Below, piece after piece: positions 13,098 through 26,500 of a stretch of 64,000 nt of DNA (position 1 is the first letter of the stretch; each line of letters begins with the position of its first letter). The notes beneath the pieces are model-generated. The model did not search any database and was not told the DNA's origin. It saw nothing but the letters and a program-made list of their open reading frames with translations. The position numbers and the translations under genes were made by a program. The DNA comes from Eledone cirrhosa (taxonomy: Eukaryota): positions 252,216,001 through 252,280,000 of the forward strand of contig OZ024740.1 of the NCBI GenBank assembly GCA_964016885.1, given 5' to 3'.

Positions 13098-13304
13098 GTA
13101 AACCTTTATATGTAATAATCTCCCGTTAGGTTGAGATACAATTTTGGCTGTATTGGGCTGCGCTTTCTAGCAAAAAGCCTACTAGCCGTAAGCAACTAAT
13201 CACATCCTTTCTAACTTGACCGCTGCCACGTCACGATTCTTAGCCATTTTTTAATGTATTCTTGGCGCGATCACTTTGGAAAATTAATTGTTTAAATTTG
13301 AGCT

Positions 13305-13383
13305 AACTCCTGAAGAGTCCGGTGCTCTAGATTTCCAATGTTATCGGATATCTTAAAATGCGGACGAAACCATGGTAGAGGTA
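13305..13383 (+). ncRNA. Type I hammerhead ribozyme motif
   Basis: ctc-CTGAAGA-GTCCG-(39 nt)-CGGAC-GAAA-C-catg-G-TA-gag: full core, stems I/II/III, GUA cleavage triplet. Confidence 0.8.
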
Positions 13384-13669
13384 ACTAAATATGTTCACTT
13401 TCCTTCTAGTTTATTTTACACCTAATTCTGTTTAGTTGACTGTATATCTGATCGATTTATACACGCTGTCGAAATACTCGATAAATGCTCCGTCTCAACC
13501 GCCGCGAAGGGTTGCTTTCGGTTATTTGTCGGAGATTTCTTCATAGGAGCTTTTATTCTTATAGCTTGGTCTAATTGATTTTTTATATGGTTAATTATGG
13601 TATTTGGGAGAGGAAACGGTATATATTTTATCTGGTGATTCTATAGACATGTTTTATGATATATATATA

Positions 13670-14520
13670 TATTGTTATGCTTTGGGAGGGTCATGTAGCC
13701 AATAAGAAACACACACACCAATTGCTTTCACTCCAATTTATTATAAATTAACTTTATAAATTTAAGAATTTATAAATTTCCGGTTGGTTGGTTGGTTGGT
13801 TCCACAACCGGACGGTTGTTCATATATTGTCAAAGTTCTTTCGTCGCACATTTTGTGACCTCTTCAGTGACTGGGGATTCTTTTCTCTCTTTTTGTGCCT
13901 CTCCTTTGTTCTGTCCTACGCCATCTTGTTTTTGTGTGTGTTGTGTGCTTAGTTTGAGCATGTGTTACATCCAGGTGTCTGTGTGTGTTTATATTTGTTT
14001 ATTTATTTGTTTATTTACATGTTACTGGTTGGTTGTTTGTTCTATGTGTGTGTGTGTGTGTGTTTTCATTTTGTCCTTAATTGTAAGTTGTGATGTTGCT
14101 ATTCCATTCATGTTATCTATTTAATTTTGGTTGGAGTTCATTTATGTTTATTGCCTCTGTGATTTGTCTAAACATTGCGTTTTTTCTGTGTGTAGATTCT
14201 ATTTTTATTTCTATGTTCTCTAATTTACCCTTATGTTCTATTTTAGCATGTTGGTAGAGTACAGATGATTCTTTACTATCTTGAAGCTCTCGCCAGTGTT
14301 CATTTATCCGTTCCCCTATACTACGAGCTGTCTCACCTATGTACACTATATTCTTATCTCTACATTGTCCTTCAATACATCTTATGCTATTTACTACATT
14401 TCTAGTTTTACAGTTAATATGGGGGCTTAGTTTACAGATTATACATTTCTTATCTATACAGGGAGGTCTTTGAAAAGGGTATGTATTGCTAATAAGTGTT
14501 TTTATGGAGGTACAAATTCA
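13670..14520 (-). mobile_element. Penelope-like element 3' remnant (GIY-YIG endonuclease + pseudo-LTR)
   Basis: YIGETARSIGERINEH..ITEAININELQPKLN; upstream Cys motifs; downstream hammerhead motif. Confidence 0.82.
13829..13872 (-). ncRNA. Minimal type I hammerhead motif in the PLE 3' region
   Basis: Reverse complement gtca-CTGAAGA-ggtcacaaaatgtgcgac-GAAA-gaac-TT-tgac; stem I gtca/tgac. Confidence 0.65.
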
Positions 14521-14568
14521 GAATCGAAATATATATATATATATATTTCGATATGTATATGTATATAC

Positions 14569-14601
<33 letters not shown>

Positions 14602-15245
14602 TATATGTATATATATATATGTACGTATGTTTACGAGTGTGTATATATACATGAGTTTTTGTGTATGTATGTATGCATATATATATATATGTGCGTGTGT
14701 GTATGTGTTCGGGTGTGTGTGTGTGCATATATATATATGTATGTACGTATGTATATATGTATATATGTATGTACGTATGTATATATACATGTGTTTTTGA
14801 GTATGTATGTATGCATATATATATATATATATATATCTGAGTGTGTATGTGTGTGTGTATGTGTGTGTATTAGAAATACAACTCAAGGGTGCCAATAGTA
14901 TGAATTTGGATGATTAAACCAAAGGGTGGTATGCTGAATACACTACACGATCCATTCTTAATTTTCTAAAACATTCCTCTGTGTGTGAGACGGGAAAGAA
15001 AACACGTGGAAAGTCATTGTTAGCGATTCCCAAAGAGAAGAGAAGATCATTTTTAAAAAATCAATGATAAATCTTGAAAAATTTTGATATGTCAGAGAAA
15101 AAGGAAGGACAGAAAACTACTTTATTACAAGAAGGAATCACTATGTAAATGTTTTGGTCTATGAAACACGTCTTCAAAGCAAAACATAGAATAAAGGTTT
15201 ATAGTTAATTATAGTTAAACATTCTATCTTGTTTCTTCCGCCATC

Positions 15246-15282
15246 TGTAAACGTTTCATCATGTTTATATCTCCTCAGTACA
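15246..15282 (-). ncRNA. Degenerate minimal hammerhead motif
   Basis: Reverse complement tgta-CTGAGGA-gatataaacatgat-GAAA-cg-TT-taca; stem II poorly paired. Confidence 0.5.
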
Positions 15283-15679
15283 TCTCATGGTGAATTAGTG
15301 AATGTATATCAAATTTAAGTTTTCCAGTTATTTATAAGCATAGTTGTACAGAAAAACGAACAATGAAATAGTGAAACGATCAAAATGGACGAGTTTCTCC
15401 TCTGGGAAGTTCATGATGGGGTTTTTCTGCATAGGGATGAAAGCGATATCTCTAGTGTCGTTGAATTATTCTACGACGTAGTAAGATTTCATCACCGATC
15501 AGCAATCAAAGGCTGTTTACATAAATATATATAAAGGAAAAGGAAAGAATAAGATGCATATACATTGTTATACGATGGAAATGGAAGGTAAAATAATGTA
15601 CCTGTAAGAGTTTAGGGGTACAGATGTAGCACAATTGTAATGTAATTCCAATAAATGTGAGCACGAGTATAAACTAGAT

Positions 15680-15846
15680 CAGGGTGCCCCAAACGTTTTC
15701 AAACGCGGAACCCTTTTTGATTGAGAAACTTTTGAGGGAACCCTAAAGTTTAAAACTGTTATATATTCGTAATATAAATATACTCCTCTACCTTTTTTCA
15801 TGGAACTCCAGACACTCCTTTGCGGAACCCACTTTGGGAACCACTG
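15680..15846. mobile_element. hAT-type MITE
   Basis: CAGggtgccccaaa ... tttgggaaccaCTG termini; 8-bp TSD aactagat/agctagat. Confidence 0.72.
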
Positions 15847-15967
15847 AGCTAGATTCATATAGACAGAATAAGTCGCGGGTAGAATGTATTTGATAGAAGT
15901 TCTGGTGTTCAAATACATAGTTTATATGTAGCAAGAAATGTGATATACGTGATAGAAAGTATATTTA

Positions 15968-16150
15968 ATATTGGTTTCTTATATAGGCACAAGGGCAGCA
16001 ATTTTGGGGGAGGAGAAAGTCGATTAAATCAACCCCAGTGCGTGACTGGTACTTTATTTTATCGACCCCGTAAGGATGAAAGGCAAAGTTAACCACGGCG
16101 GGATTTGAACTCAGATCATAAAGGGCCGTAACTCTATGCTGCAAAGCATA
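15968..16150 (-). mobile_element. tRNA-derived SINE
   Basis: Family match including B-box ggatttgaactc. Confidence 0.82.
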
Positions 16151-16734
16151 ATATTAAAGGCTAACTTGGCTTGTCTAGTGGGGAGTAAATTTTAATTAAC
16201 TACCAGTAGGTTGTGTTACTAATTAATTTGTGAAAATGTAAGTTGTATAATATTAGGGTATATTAGGTTTAGTGTAGTTGAAAGACGTTTAGTTAAAATG
16301 CCATAGAAATTAGATGTGTGCATATGCAGACAGATTACAAACATGAGAATAAAAATTTGGTTTAACATTGGCACATATTTTGAAACTTCGGTATTTGCAA
16401 AAAGATATTTTATCACAGTTTTTATAAAAGTAAGGTTCTTTGGCAAATAGTATTGCAACGTTGTATACTGCATTAGTGTTACTTATTTTTGTATAACTAA
16501 GTATTGGTATTGACTGAAAGATAAGCAACACTAGCAGACATACCGCCTCAAAGCCAGGGTAGCATTCGAACCCTTAGGTAGCATACAACTGTGTTGAGAA
16601 TGTATTCATAATAATATACTTTATATCTGTACTTAACATAGAGCGCTCCTTTTCCTTTATCTAATCTTTGGAAACTATTGGCATTACACACATACACACG
16701 CACACGCAGACACACACAGACACGCTCTCACGCT

Positions 16735-16775
<41 letters not shown>

Positions 16776-17750
16776 TGCCACACGCACATACACATACACA
16801 CACATACATAAATACATACATACGCACACACATATATATATGTATACATGATTACGTGTGTGTGTGTTTGTACATGTGTAGCTTAATCGATCGTTTGTTC
16901 GTATATCTTACACAAATTCACACCCGATCATTACAATGGATTATGAAGGCAGCTGGAAAATTGCTAAGACTTCACTTAGCTTCGATTCAGCTTTAATTAT
17001 CATTGGTATCAAATATTTCCCAATAGATGGCAACACAAGAGATATTCGAAGAAGGATATCATAAAAGAAGAAACGGAATATGTTCGCTCGCAAACGGAAT
17101 AAATATATAAATAAATAAAGGATTAACAAAGAAAGAAACTTAAAAAAATATATCCGAATCCAAAGCGAAAAGGAACAAAACAAATTTGCAATTTCCAGAA
17201 AATCTAGCCAGCTGCCGCTACTCTCTTTATAATATAGTTCGGTTGATTGCAAAGAAATCCGTTTAATTATAATATTACGAAAAACTTCCACCATGTCTCA
17301 AGTTGTTGTTAGTCTCTCCCCACCTCTATCTTTCATTTCCCCTTCTCTCTCTCTCTCACCATATCCTTTTCTCTCATCCGCCTCGCTCTCTCTCTGCATA
17401 TATTTCTTTGTCACTGTCATCTTCCTCTTTCCATCCTGCTCGACCACTTTCTGTTTTCGTCTCTTCCTCTGTATATCCCCCTGCCTCTCTTTCTCTGTAT
17501 ATCTTTGCCTTTCTCTGACATCTTTCTCACTATGTCATCCCCCTCCCCCAGCCATCTATACCAGTGGTTTTAAACCTTTTTGTTATCTATGGACCCCTTT
17601 GATTCCTATTTTACTCTGGTAGACCACCATAGCCATTCGGTGATTTATTGCTTGTAGTGTGGTGGGTAAATAGGGGTCAGTTCTACCCAATGCCAGCCAA
17701 AGTCTCTTGGGAAAATAAACTGGAGGCAACATTCTTGTATTTTTATATAA

Positions 17751-17965
17751 GGGCGGTGGATTGGCAGTATCGGTAGAGCGTCTGACAGCATGCTATATGG
17801 CATAGGGTTACGACTCTTTACGATATGAGTTCAAATCCTGCCGAGGTTAGCTTTGCCTTTCATCCTTACGGGCTCGATAACATAAAATACCAGTAATGCA
17901 CTGGGTCTATTTAATCGACTTTCCCCTCCTCACAAATTGTTGGGTTTGTACCTAAATCATAAACC
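17751..17965 (+). mobile_element. tRNA-derived SINE, full length
   Basis: ggcggtggattggcagtatcgg (A-box), gagttcaaatcc (B-box), gcctttcatccttacggg central domain. Confidence 0.85.
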
Positions 17966-18030
17966 AATATTCTTGGTATTTTTTTGTCTGTTTGTTCTTC
18001 ACATTTATAATGATACACACACACGCACGC

Positions 18031-18142
<112 letters not shown>

Positions 18143-18149
18143 GTATATA

Positions 18150-18228
<79 letters not shown>

Positions 18229-19219
18229 TTATAAGTGTGAAGAACAAACAGACTAAACATACCTAATATTTCTTCGTAGTCCTGACTGCGCAGTTTCGCC
18301 GACTGGTGTGCAGCCAAAGTGCAGTTAAAGTGAACTTTAGCTGTGAGGTAGTCGGCTTGTCAACAGACTCCCTCAGTGTAAGGATAGATTCCCCGAACTG
18401 ACCACTACCAGTTACAAATTATGACGTGGTTTTACGGCCAACAGAGGAGTAGTAAAGGGTAGACTGTTGGCGAGTAACAGAGTTGCTAGAAGAAGCAGTC
18501 TATTTTAGCCTAATTTTTACTTAACCATAAAGGAGTTAGGACAAATTATAGAACATTATAGAAAAAAAAATATATATATAACAATGAAACAATGAAGTAA
18601 AAGCCAGTAAGTAAGAATTTACTTCATTTTTTTAATTACATAATCGCTGTTATACGTATTTAATGGTAAATGTTATGTAACAGTTACAACTTCATCAGGC
18701 AGCTATCACATGAACAGAAAATTACACGAATAAAATGACATGAAAAAAAGGAAATGAAGAAAAATTACTCATGCATTTTCCATTCAGTGATATGGTGTTG
18801 TTTGATAGGATACCGATCAAACCTACGCAGGCGTGAGTTGTAATGACAACAGCAATCTACCCACATACACACCATATTCTTTGTGTATCTCACAACCACC
18901 ATATTGTCACTTTATTCTATACAATTCATCACTACATACCAACCACACCGTTACTTTACTATATAATTCACCAACATCAACCCACCACATCACCACCACT
19001 TACTCAACACACCGCCTCTCTATTCTCTATAACCCAACGACCGTTACACCATTTTGAATAACTCACTAACAGTCAGATGAAACCTCGAAGTCGCAGCCAC
19101 TTTCATACTTAGAAAATAACATTTACTAGCCACCAGTATTGAGTGCTCAATCAGTTAATGTTTGAATGTTTTAAATATTATGGTATTTTAAATACACATT
19201 CTAATATAACTCACTGAAA

Positions 19220-20625
19220 TCTACCAACACCACCACTCTATCCTGTATATCTAACTGGTCATCTACACACAACACCACCACTCTAGTCTGTATATCTCAC
19301 TGGTCATCTACCCACAACACCACCACTCTAGTCTGTATATCTCACTGGTCATCTACCCACAACACCACCACTCTAGTCTGTATATCTCACTGGTCATCTA
19401 CCCACAACACCACCACTCTATTCTGTATATCTCACTGGTCACCTACACACAACACCACCCCACTATTCTATATAATTCACCGACCACATACACACAACAC
19501 CACCCCACTATTCTGTATAATTCACCGACCACCTACCCACAACACCACTTCACAATTCTATATAATTCACCGACCACATACCCACAACGCCACCCCACTA
19601 TTCTATATAATTCACCGACCACATACCCACAACACCACCCCAGTATTCTATATAATTCACCGACCAGCTACCCACAACACCACCCCACTATTCTGTATAA
19701 TTCACCAACCACCTACCACAACACCACCACTCTATTCTGTATAATTCACCGACCACCTACCCACAAGACCACCGCTCTCTTCTGTATAATTCACCGACCA
19801 CCTACCCACAACACCACCACCACTCTATTCTGTATAATTCACCGACCACCTACCCACAACACCACCACCACTCTATTCTGTATAATTCACCGACCACCTA
19901 CCCACAAGACCACCGCTCTCTTCTGTATAATTCACCGACCACCTACCCACAAGACCACCGCTCTCTTCTGTATAATTCACCGACCACCTACCCACAACAC
20001 CACCACCACTCTATTCTGTATAATTCACCGACCACCTACCCACAACACCACCACCACTCTATTCTGTATAATTCACCGACCACCTACCCACAAGACCACC
20101 GCTCTCTTCTGTATAATTCACCGACATTCTACCCACAAGATCACCACTCTATTCTGTATAATTCACCGACCACCTACCCACAAAACCACCACTCTCTTCT
20201 GTATAATTCACCGACCACCTACCCACAAGACCACCACTCTATTCTGTATAATTCACCGACCACCTACCCACAACACCACCACTCTATTCTGTATAATTCA
20301 CCGACCACCTACCTACAACACCACCACTCTATTCTGTATAATTCACCGACCACCTACCCACAAGACCACCACTCTATTCTGTATAATTCACCGACCACCT
20401 ACCCACAACACCACCACTCTATTCTGTATAATTCACCGACCACCTACCTACAACACCACCACTCTATTCTGTATAATTCACCGACCACCTACGCACAAGA
20501 CCACCACTCTATTCTGTATAATTCACCGACCACCTACCCACAACACCACCACTCTATTCTGTATAATTCACCGACCACCTACCCACAACACCACCGCTCT
20601 CTTCTGTATATCCCACTGGTCACCT
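19220..20625. repeat. ~45-bp minisatellite array (~30 units)
   Basis: Unit ccaccactctattctgtataattcaccgaccacctacccacaaca with 45/48-bp variants. Confidence 0.95.
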
Positions 20626-21119
20626 ACCGACAAGAACGCCACCCTATTCTAATTTCCAATCCGCCAATCTGTAAATCGTTTCTTATAATCATCTGTTTAA
20701 GATTAAAAATCTAATCCACAGAGAAAGCACGAGAACTTTTCTTTTAATCGATTCTCTTAAAGGAATTTTCGTATTTTGGCTGTAAATTATTGATCAAGCG
20801 ATATTTCGATATTTTTTCCACATCTTCACTTTAAACCATGGCCTATGCAACAACCACATCTACTACCACCGAAACCATCATCACCACTGCCAACAACTTT
20901 ACTTCAATCAACTAAATAACCAACAGCGCCTCCTCTTTTTCACCCTGTTCACTGTCTCCAGCATTAATATTCCCATTATTATCAGCTCATCAAAACCCTA
21001 CCAACACCACCTCCAAAGCTACACATCTCCTCCCCAACGCCAACATCATCTCACTAAGATAATCACTGTTATTTCCATCATTGTTACCAGCGTCATTGTA
21101 CGATCTACTTTTACCCCTT

Positions 21120-21890
21120 CAACCACCACCACCACTACCACCACTAACACTACCAGCAAAACCCACCACCACCACCACCACCACCACCACCACCACCACC
21201 ACCACAACCCACCATCACCACCACCACCACCACCAACCCACCACTACTACCACCACCACCACCACAACCCACCATCACCACCACCACCAACCCACCACTA
21301 CTAACACTTCCACCACCACCACAACCCACCACCACCAACCACCGCTACTACCACCAACCCACCACCACTACCACCAAAATCCACCACCACCACCACCACT
21401 ACCACCATCACAACTACCACCAACCCACCACTACTACCACTACCACCACCACTACCACCACCACCACTACCACCAACCCACCACCACCACCACCATCACC
21501 ACCAACCCACCACTACTACCACCACCACCACCACCACAACCCACCATCACCACCACCACCAACCCACCACTACTAACACTTCCACCACCACCAACCACCG
21601 CTACTACCACCAACCCACCACCACTACCACCAAAATCCACCACCACCACCACCACTACCACCATCACAACTACCACCAACCCACCACCACCACCACCACC
21701 ACCAACCCACCACTACTACCACTACCACCACCACCACCACCACTACCACCAACCCACCACCACCACCACCATCACCACCACCACCAACAACAACCCACCA
21801 CCACTACCACCAACCCATCACCACCGCCACCAACCAACCACCACCATACCACCACTACCACCACCACCATCAACATCAACAACAACAAAC
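21120..21890. repeat. (ACC)n-rich low-complexity tract
   Basis: Directly visible. Confidence 0.95.
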
Positions 21891-22061
21891 CACGACCATT
21901 TGGTTGATAGAAACAGTACAGAAGTCTGTCAAACTGTCCAGTACACATATATTTAACACAAACACACTTATATAAAGAATAGCAGAGTTAATATAAAGCA
22001 TTGTGAGATATGTAATAAGTGATTGATAAGTATTTCAGAAAGCCGTTATAATGGGGTAGAA

Positions 22062-22338
22062 ATATAAAGGGCAAAAGATGACAAATAAACAAAAGAAAGT
22101 GTTTTTCTTACCCAGTATATTTCAACATGATATTTCAGGGTTAAAACCCTCTTTTCCAAGACACTTGGACCAGTTAAGAAAGAACACATCGTTCGTTTAA
22201 TATAAAGGGCAAAAGCTGACAAATAAACAAAACATAGTGATGTTTTTCTTAGCCAGTATATTTCAACATGATATTTCAGAGTTAAAACCTTATTTTCCAA
22301 GACACTTGAACCAGTTAAGAAAGAACACATCGTTCGTT
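22062..22338. repeat. ~139-bp tandem duplication
   Basis: atataaagggcaaaag..ccagttaagaaagaacacatcgttcgttt occurs twice (22062, 22200). Confidence 0.9.
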
Positions 22339-22472
22339 TTTGTTTTGCGTTTGAAAAGGGGGTTTTAACTTTGAAATATACTGGGTAAGAAAAATTGTTT
22401 TGTGTTGTCACTCCTTGCCCTTTATATATTTCGATCGCATTTTATCGGCTTTCTGAAATACTTATCAAACAC

Positions 22473-22558
<86 letters not shown>

Positions 22559-23555
22559 CGGAGAAGATAGACGTGTTTTTGCTTCGCTCCTGCATTTTGT
22601 CGGAATTTATTACGAGAAGCGGTAGGTCTGTTTAAGTAATTTGTTATTTGTTGTGTTTAACCCCTCGCCTGGGCCTGCAGACGTTGGGTAAAATAAATTT
22701 CGCCCCTTTTTGGGGTGAAATTTAATAGTTATAAGTTGTCGATAAAAAGTCGTTTAGTGACAATGGACGCCATTAATACGACGCATGCCCCCCCCCCCCC
22801 GGAAAGTGATAGAGAGAAGGTAGCAGCACAACGCTGTAAGCCTTCTCTCCTCACTCCCGCAAAAGACACCATGAACACGGAATCAAAAGAAAAAATTGTA
22901 GAAATGGGTGAAAACCCCAAAAGTAACAATTACACAAACAAGAACAACAATGCCAATAGCAACAAAACCAACAACAGCAACAATGTCAATAACAACACAA
23001 CCAACAACAGCAATAATGACAACACCAACAAAGGAAAAAAGCAAGCCAACACGAATAACAACAACAACAATGATAACAACACGAAAGAAAACGGACCCAT
23101 AGCTGCAGTCTCCTTCGCACAGGCGAGAAACGCAGACATACAAGACACTGGACATCTCGAATGCCAAGAAATTGCCGAAAGAAGCAAGGAATTGTGTAAA
23201 TTTCGGGGAAGGTGGGGAATTCACAATTACCTCCCCCGAAGAAATTAGAAGGGACACAGTCCTCAGGACTGTAATCTTTAGGACAGTTTCGACATAACTA
23301 GGAAACCGGCTCAATTGTCCCAAAGCGAAATTGAGCTGGTCCTAAGTAGTGCCTGGAAGGATATCGCTTTCATACAGAAAGGGAAACTGTATGGAAACAT
23401 ATCTGTTTTAATGCAAGATAAATTGGCGGCACGGAAATATTCTGTGTCGCCAATTGTATCCAAAGCATACACCTTTTTCCCCACATATTTTGGGAAAAGA
23501 CTAAAAAGATAAGAATCTCGGGCATCAGGCCAAATGTGAGCATTTGGTATTATGG
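22559..23555 (+). mobile_element. Tx1-like 5' stub (5' UTR + broken ORF1 N-half) following (TATC)n at 22473-22558
   Basis: Asn-rich N-terminus, VSFAQA motif, SQSEIELVL..KGKLYGNISV..PTYFGKR homologous to the ORF1 pieces at 24015 and 29598. Confidence 0.75.
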
Positions 23556-26500
23556 CCGCACATGTGTGAAGATTACAAATCTGCGGGGGAAAAGGTTCGT
23601 AACTTTAAGCTGTTTTAAAGTGTCATTTTTTTTATTTTCTTGTCGTCAACGAAACTTAAGGTACACATCTTGATTTAAGCCCGAATATTCAGATTTATTT
23701 TTTAAAAACTTCGAAAAAAAATCGCTTCCCCACCCAAAAAAAATTATGGAAATTTTCGACCTTGAAACGGTAAACAACGTTCAGGTCAAAAGTTTAAAGG
23801 CAGCCACTGTAGATTTCACCACGGCTACGACGGCTACAGTCATGTGTCATCCACTCTACTGAATGTGAAGGCAAAACTAAAAAGCTACCATCACAACCTT
23901 CTGTGATAGCATCAGTATCATCTGAAAACGACATCACCACCACCGCCATCACCACAACAATAACAACTCAGAGCAATAACGACAATAACACCGACAGCTT
24001 CAATGTAAACACGGATGGCGGTGGCCAACAGCATCAACAAACAAAACAACAACAACAATACCAATAACAACAGCAAGAATGACAACACCAACAATAAGAT
24101 CATCAGAAGCACCACATTTGCTGCAGGAACAGCAAAAACAAAGCGCTTATTGAATATTGATATTGATATTAGCTATAAAGACGAACAGTTGGCCCAAGCG
24201 TGGAGGCCAATTAAACGGGAGAAGTCCTGGGCAAACCTGACCATCCCGGACGAGGCAATAGCGGCCATGCAAAGGAGGACGGTGTTATTTCGATGCATTT
24301 CGGTGCAGACACGAAAAGTGGAACTTGCCAGCCAAGCAGAGGTCGAGGCTGCTTTGGAGTACATCGGAAGTAACATAGAGTATAAAGCAAGAGGCAAACA
24401 GTTCGGTACCATCTCGGTACTGTTCAAAACTGAGGCCCTTGCTATTAAGCACTCGGTGACCCCCTGCAGAACGGAACGCATTATCATGCATCCGTCCTAC
24501 ATGGGTAAAAGGACAGTAAAGGTACGCATTCCCAGCATCCCACCAGAAATGAAAATATGGTGGCTGCTGGGATGCGTAATCGAGGAGGGGACAGGCACTA
24601 CCCTCCTGGATATCAAAAGGACAGAGAGAAAGGACTGGTCCGGAATGGATTTGGAGATTCTTCTCCAAATGAAACCGGAGGACATGAACAACATCCCGGA
24701 TTTTGCCCGCCTGCAGCACGGGACAACAATCCAACTAATCATTGACGGAAGACGGCCACGCATCTGCAAGCCTTCTACCCTCAGCGCAAAAATGCAGGGG
24801 GTCGCAAACCTCCTTTGTTGCCAACGCCAGTGTCAGCACGGAAAGATGCACCACCACCACCAACAAAAACACGGACACCAACATCAAAAACAGCCGGATC
24901 ACCACCAACACCAAAACCAATCCAAGGGGAAAACGAGGAAAGCTCTCCCACTCCCCCCTCCCAATTATACACATAGACAAAACAATAAACGCACACACAG
25001 ACACAGAGACACTCACAGCTACAGACCCTTTGTCTTCCAGCAGCGAAGATGAAGGAAAACCCAAAAGTGCAAAAAAACAGAGAAAACTCACAAAAAAAAA
25101 AGCCCCAACAAAACACAAAAACATACACAACAAAAAATACAGACACCACTAACGCAAACACTTCTCCAATAACATCATCACCAACAGCAACATCGACACC
25201 ACCTCCACAATCCCCGAAACGCAAACAACCTAAACAAACACAAGTACAAATAAACACACAAATACCTGAAATTGCAGACACCACACCTACAACAAACACA
25301 GACATACCCGAAACAACACCACCAAAACCATCACCACCACAGTCACCAAAACGAAAACAAATAAAACCACACCAACAAAATGTTAAAAACTTCGTGCTTG
25401 TCAGAAGGGCCAACGATAAACTGATGGCCCTCTTAGCACGAAGCGATGACATTCAAACAGAGGGGGAGATTTTTGAAATGAGCACATTTTGCGTGCCAGA
25501 AGATTTGCTTCTGGTCCGAATGTTACTCAATTCCTTCAAAGAAATTCGAGAGAGCTTTCCTCAAGACGTGGGAACCCCGAATGTGAAACCCACATCAAGA
25601 CTTTTAAAGGGGTTCCCCAAAAAACCCCACCAACCATGGAGTTCGAACCACCAGACCTTCACAAGACCCCGGGAGGTAAGTAAACCTTCCCTCTCTCTCT
25701 TATCTTACCAATATGGCCATATTAAGAGTAGGAAGTTTAAATGTTCGCGGCCTGGGGTCACCCTGGAAGCAGGTTCTCCTGCTCAACGACCTCAGGTCGC
25801 TGGAATTGTATGTGATTGCCGTCAGCGAGACAGAATTTCCGACACGCGCACACTAGCCCCCATTTTCGACGACTATCAGATCTTCGCATCTGTTAGCAGA
25901 CCGGGAATTGGGGGTGGGGTGGCAGTGCTGTTTAGGAAAGGACTGGATCTCGGTAAGGTCGATCTTCCGGGACCCGGACGGTAAGTTGGTGGTCTTGGAT
26001 GTGAGCAGTAGCGAAGGTGGTGCCTTTAGACTGCTGGCCGTCTACGCCCCTACAGGGACCGGACGACCGGACTTCTTTAGGCGCCTGGAGACCTTTCTGG
26101 GTACATCTCGCCCTTTACTGTTAGCGGGGGACTGGAATGGCATCTTAGACGCACGCTGGGATTTTATGGGAGTAGCCGATAGGAGCGGGGGGTGCAAAAG
26201 CCTCAAGCACCTACTCAGCCAGTTCCAACTGTCTGACAGGTATCGACTAGATTTCCCCAATGTGCCAGTATGGACATGGACCAACCGAATGGGGTCATCT
26301 AGATCGTATATAGACAGGATCTTCATTAGGAAAATAGATAGAAATAGTGTGGGCTGCCCACTTTTTAAAATGGTCGCCTATTCAGATAACAAATTTGTGA
26401 TCTGTACGGTCGACCTAGATAAAACGCGTAGGTTAGTACCGGGTTACTGGAAGCTGAACATGTCATTTCCGGCACGTAAGGCTTACAGGGACCGAATCAA

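Noticed and set aside
18670-18700. CTGATGA motifs on the - strand here and at ~61955
   Set aside because: No GAAA closing the core; too decayed to call hammerheads
19220-20625. Regular array that might be taken for CRISPR
   Set aside because: Contiguous tandem units with no unique spacers, no cas genes, eukaryotic context
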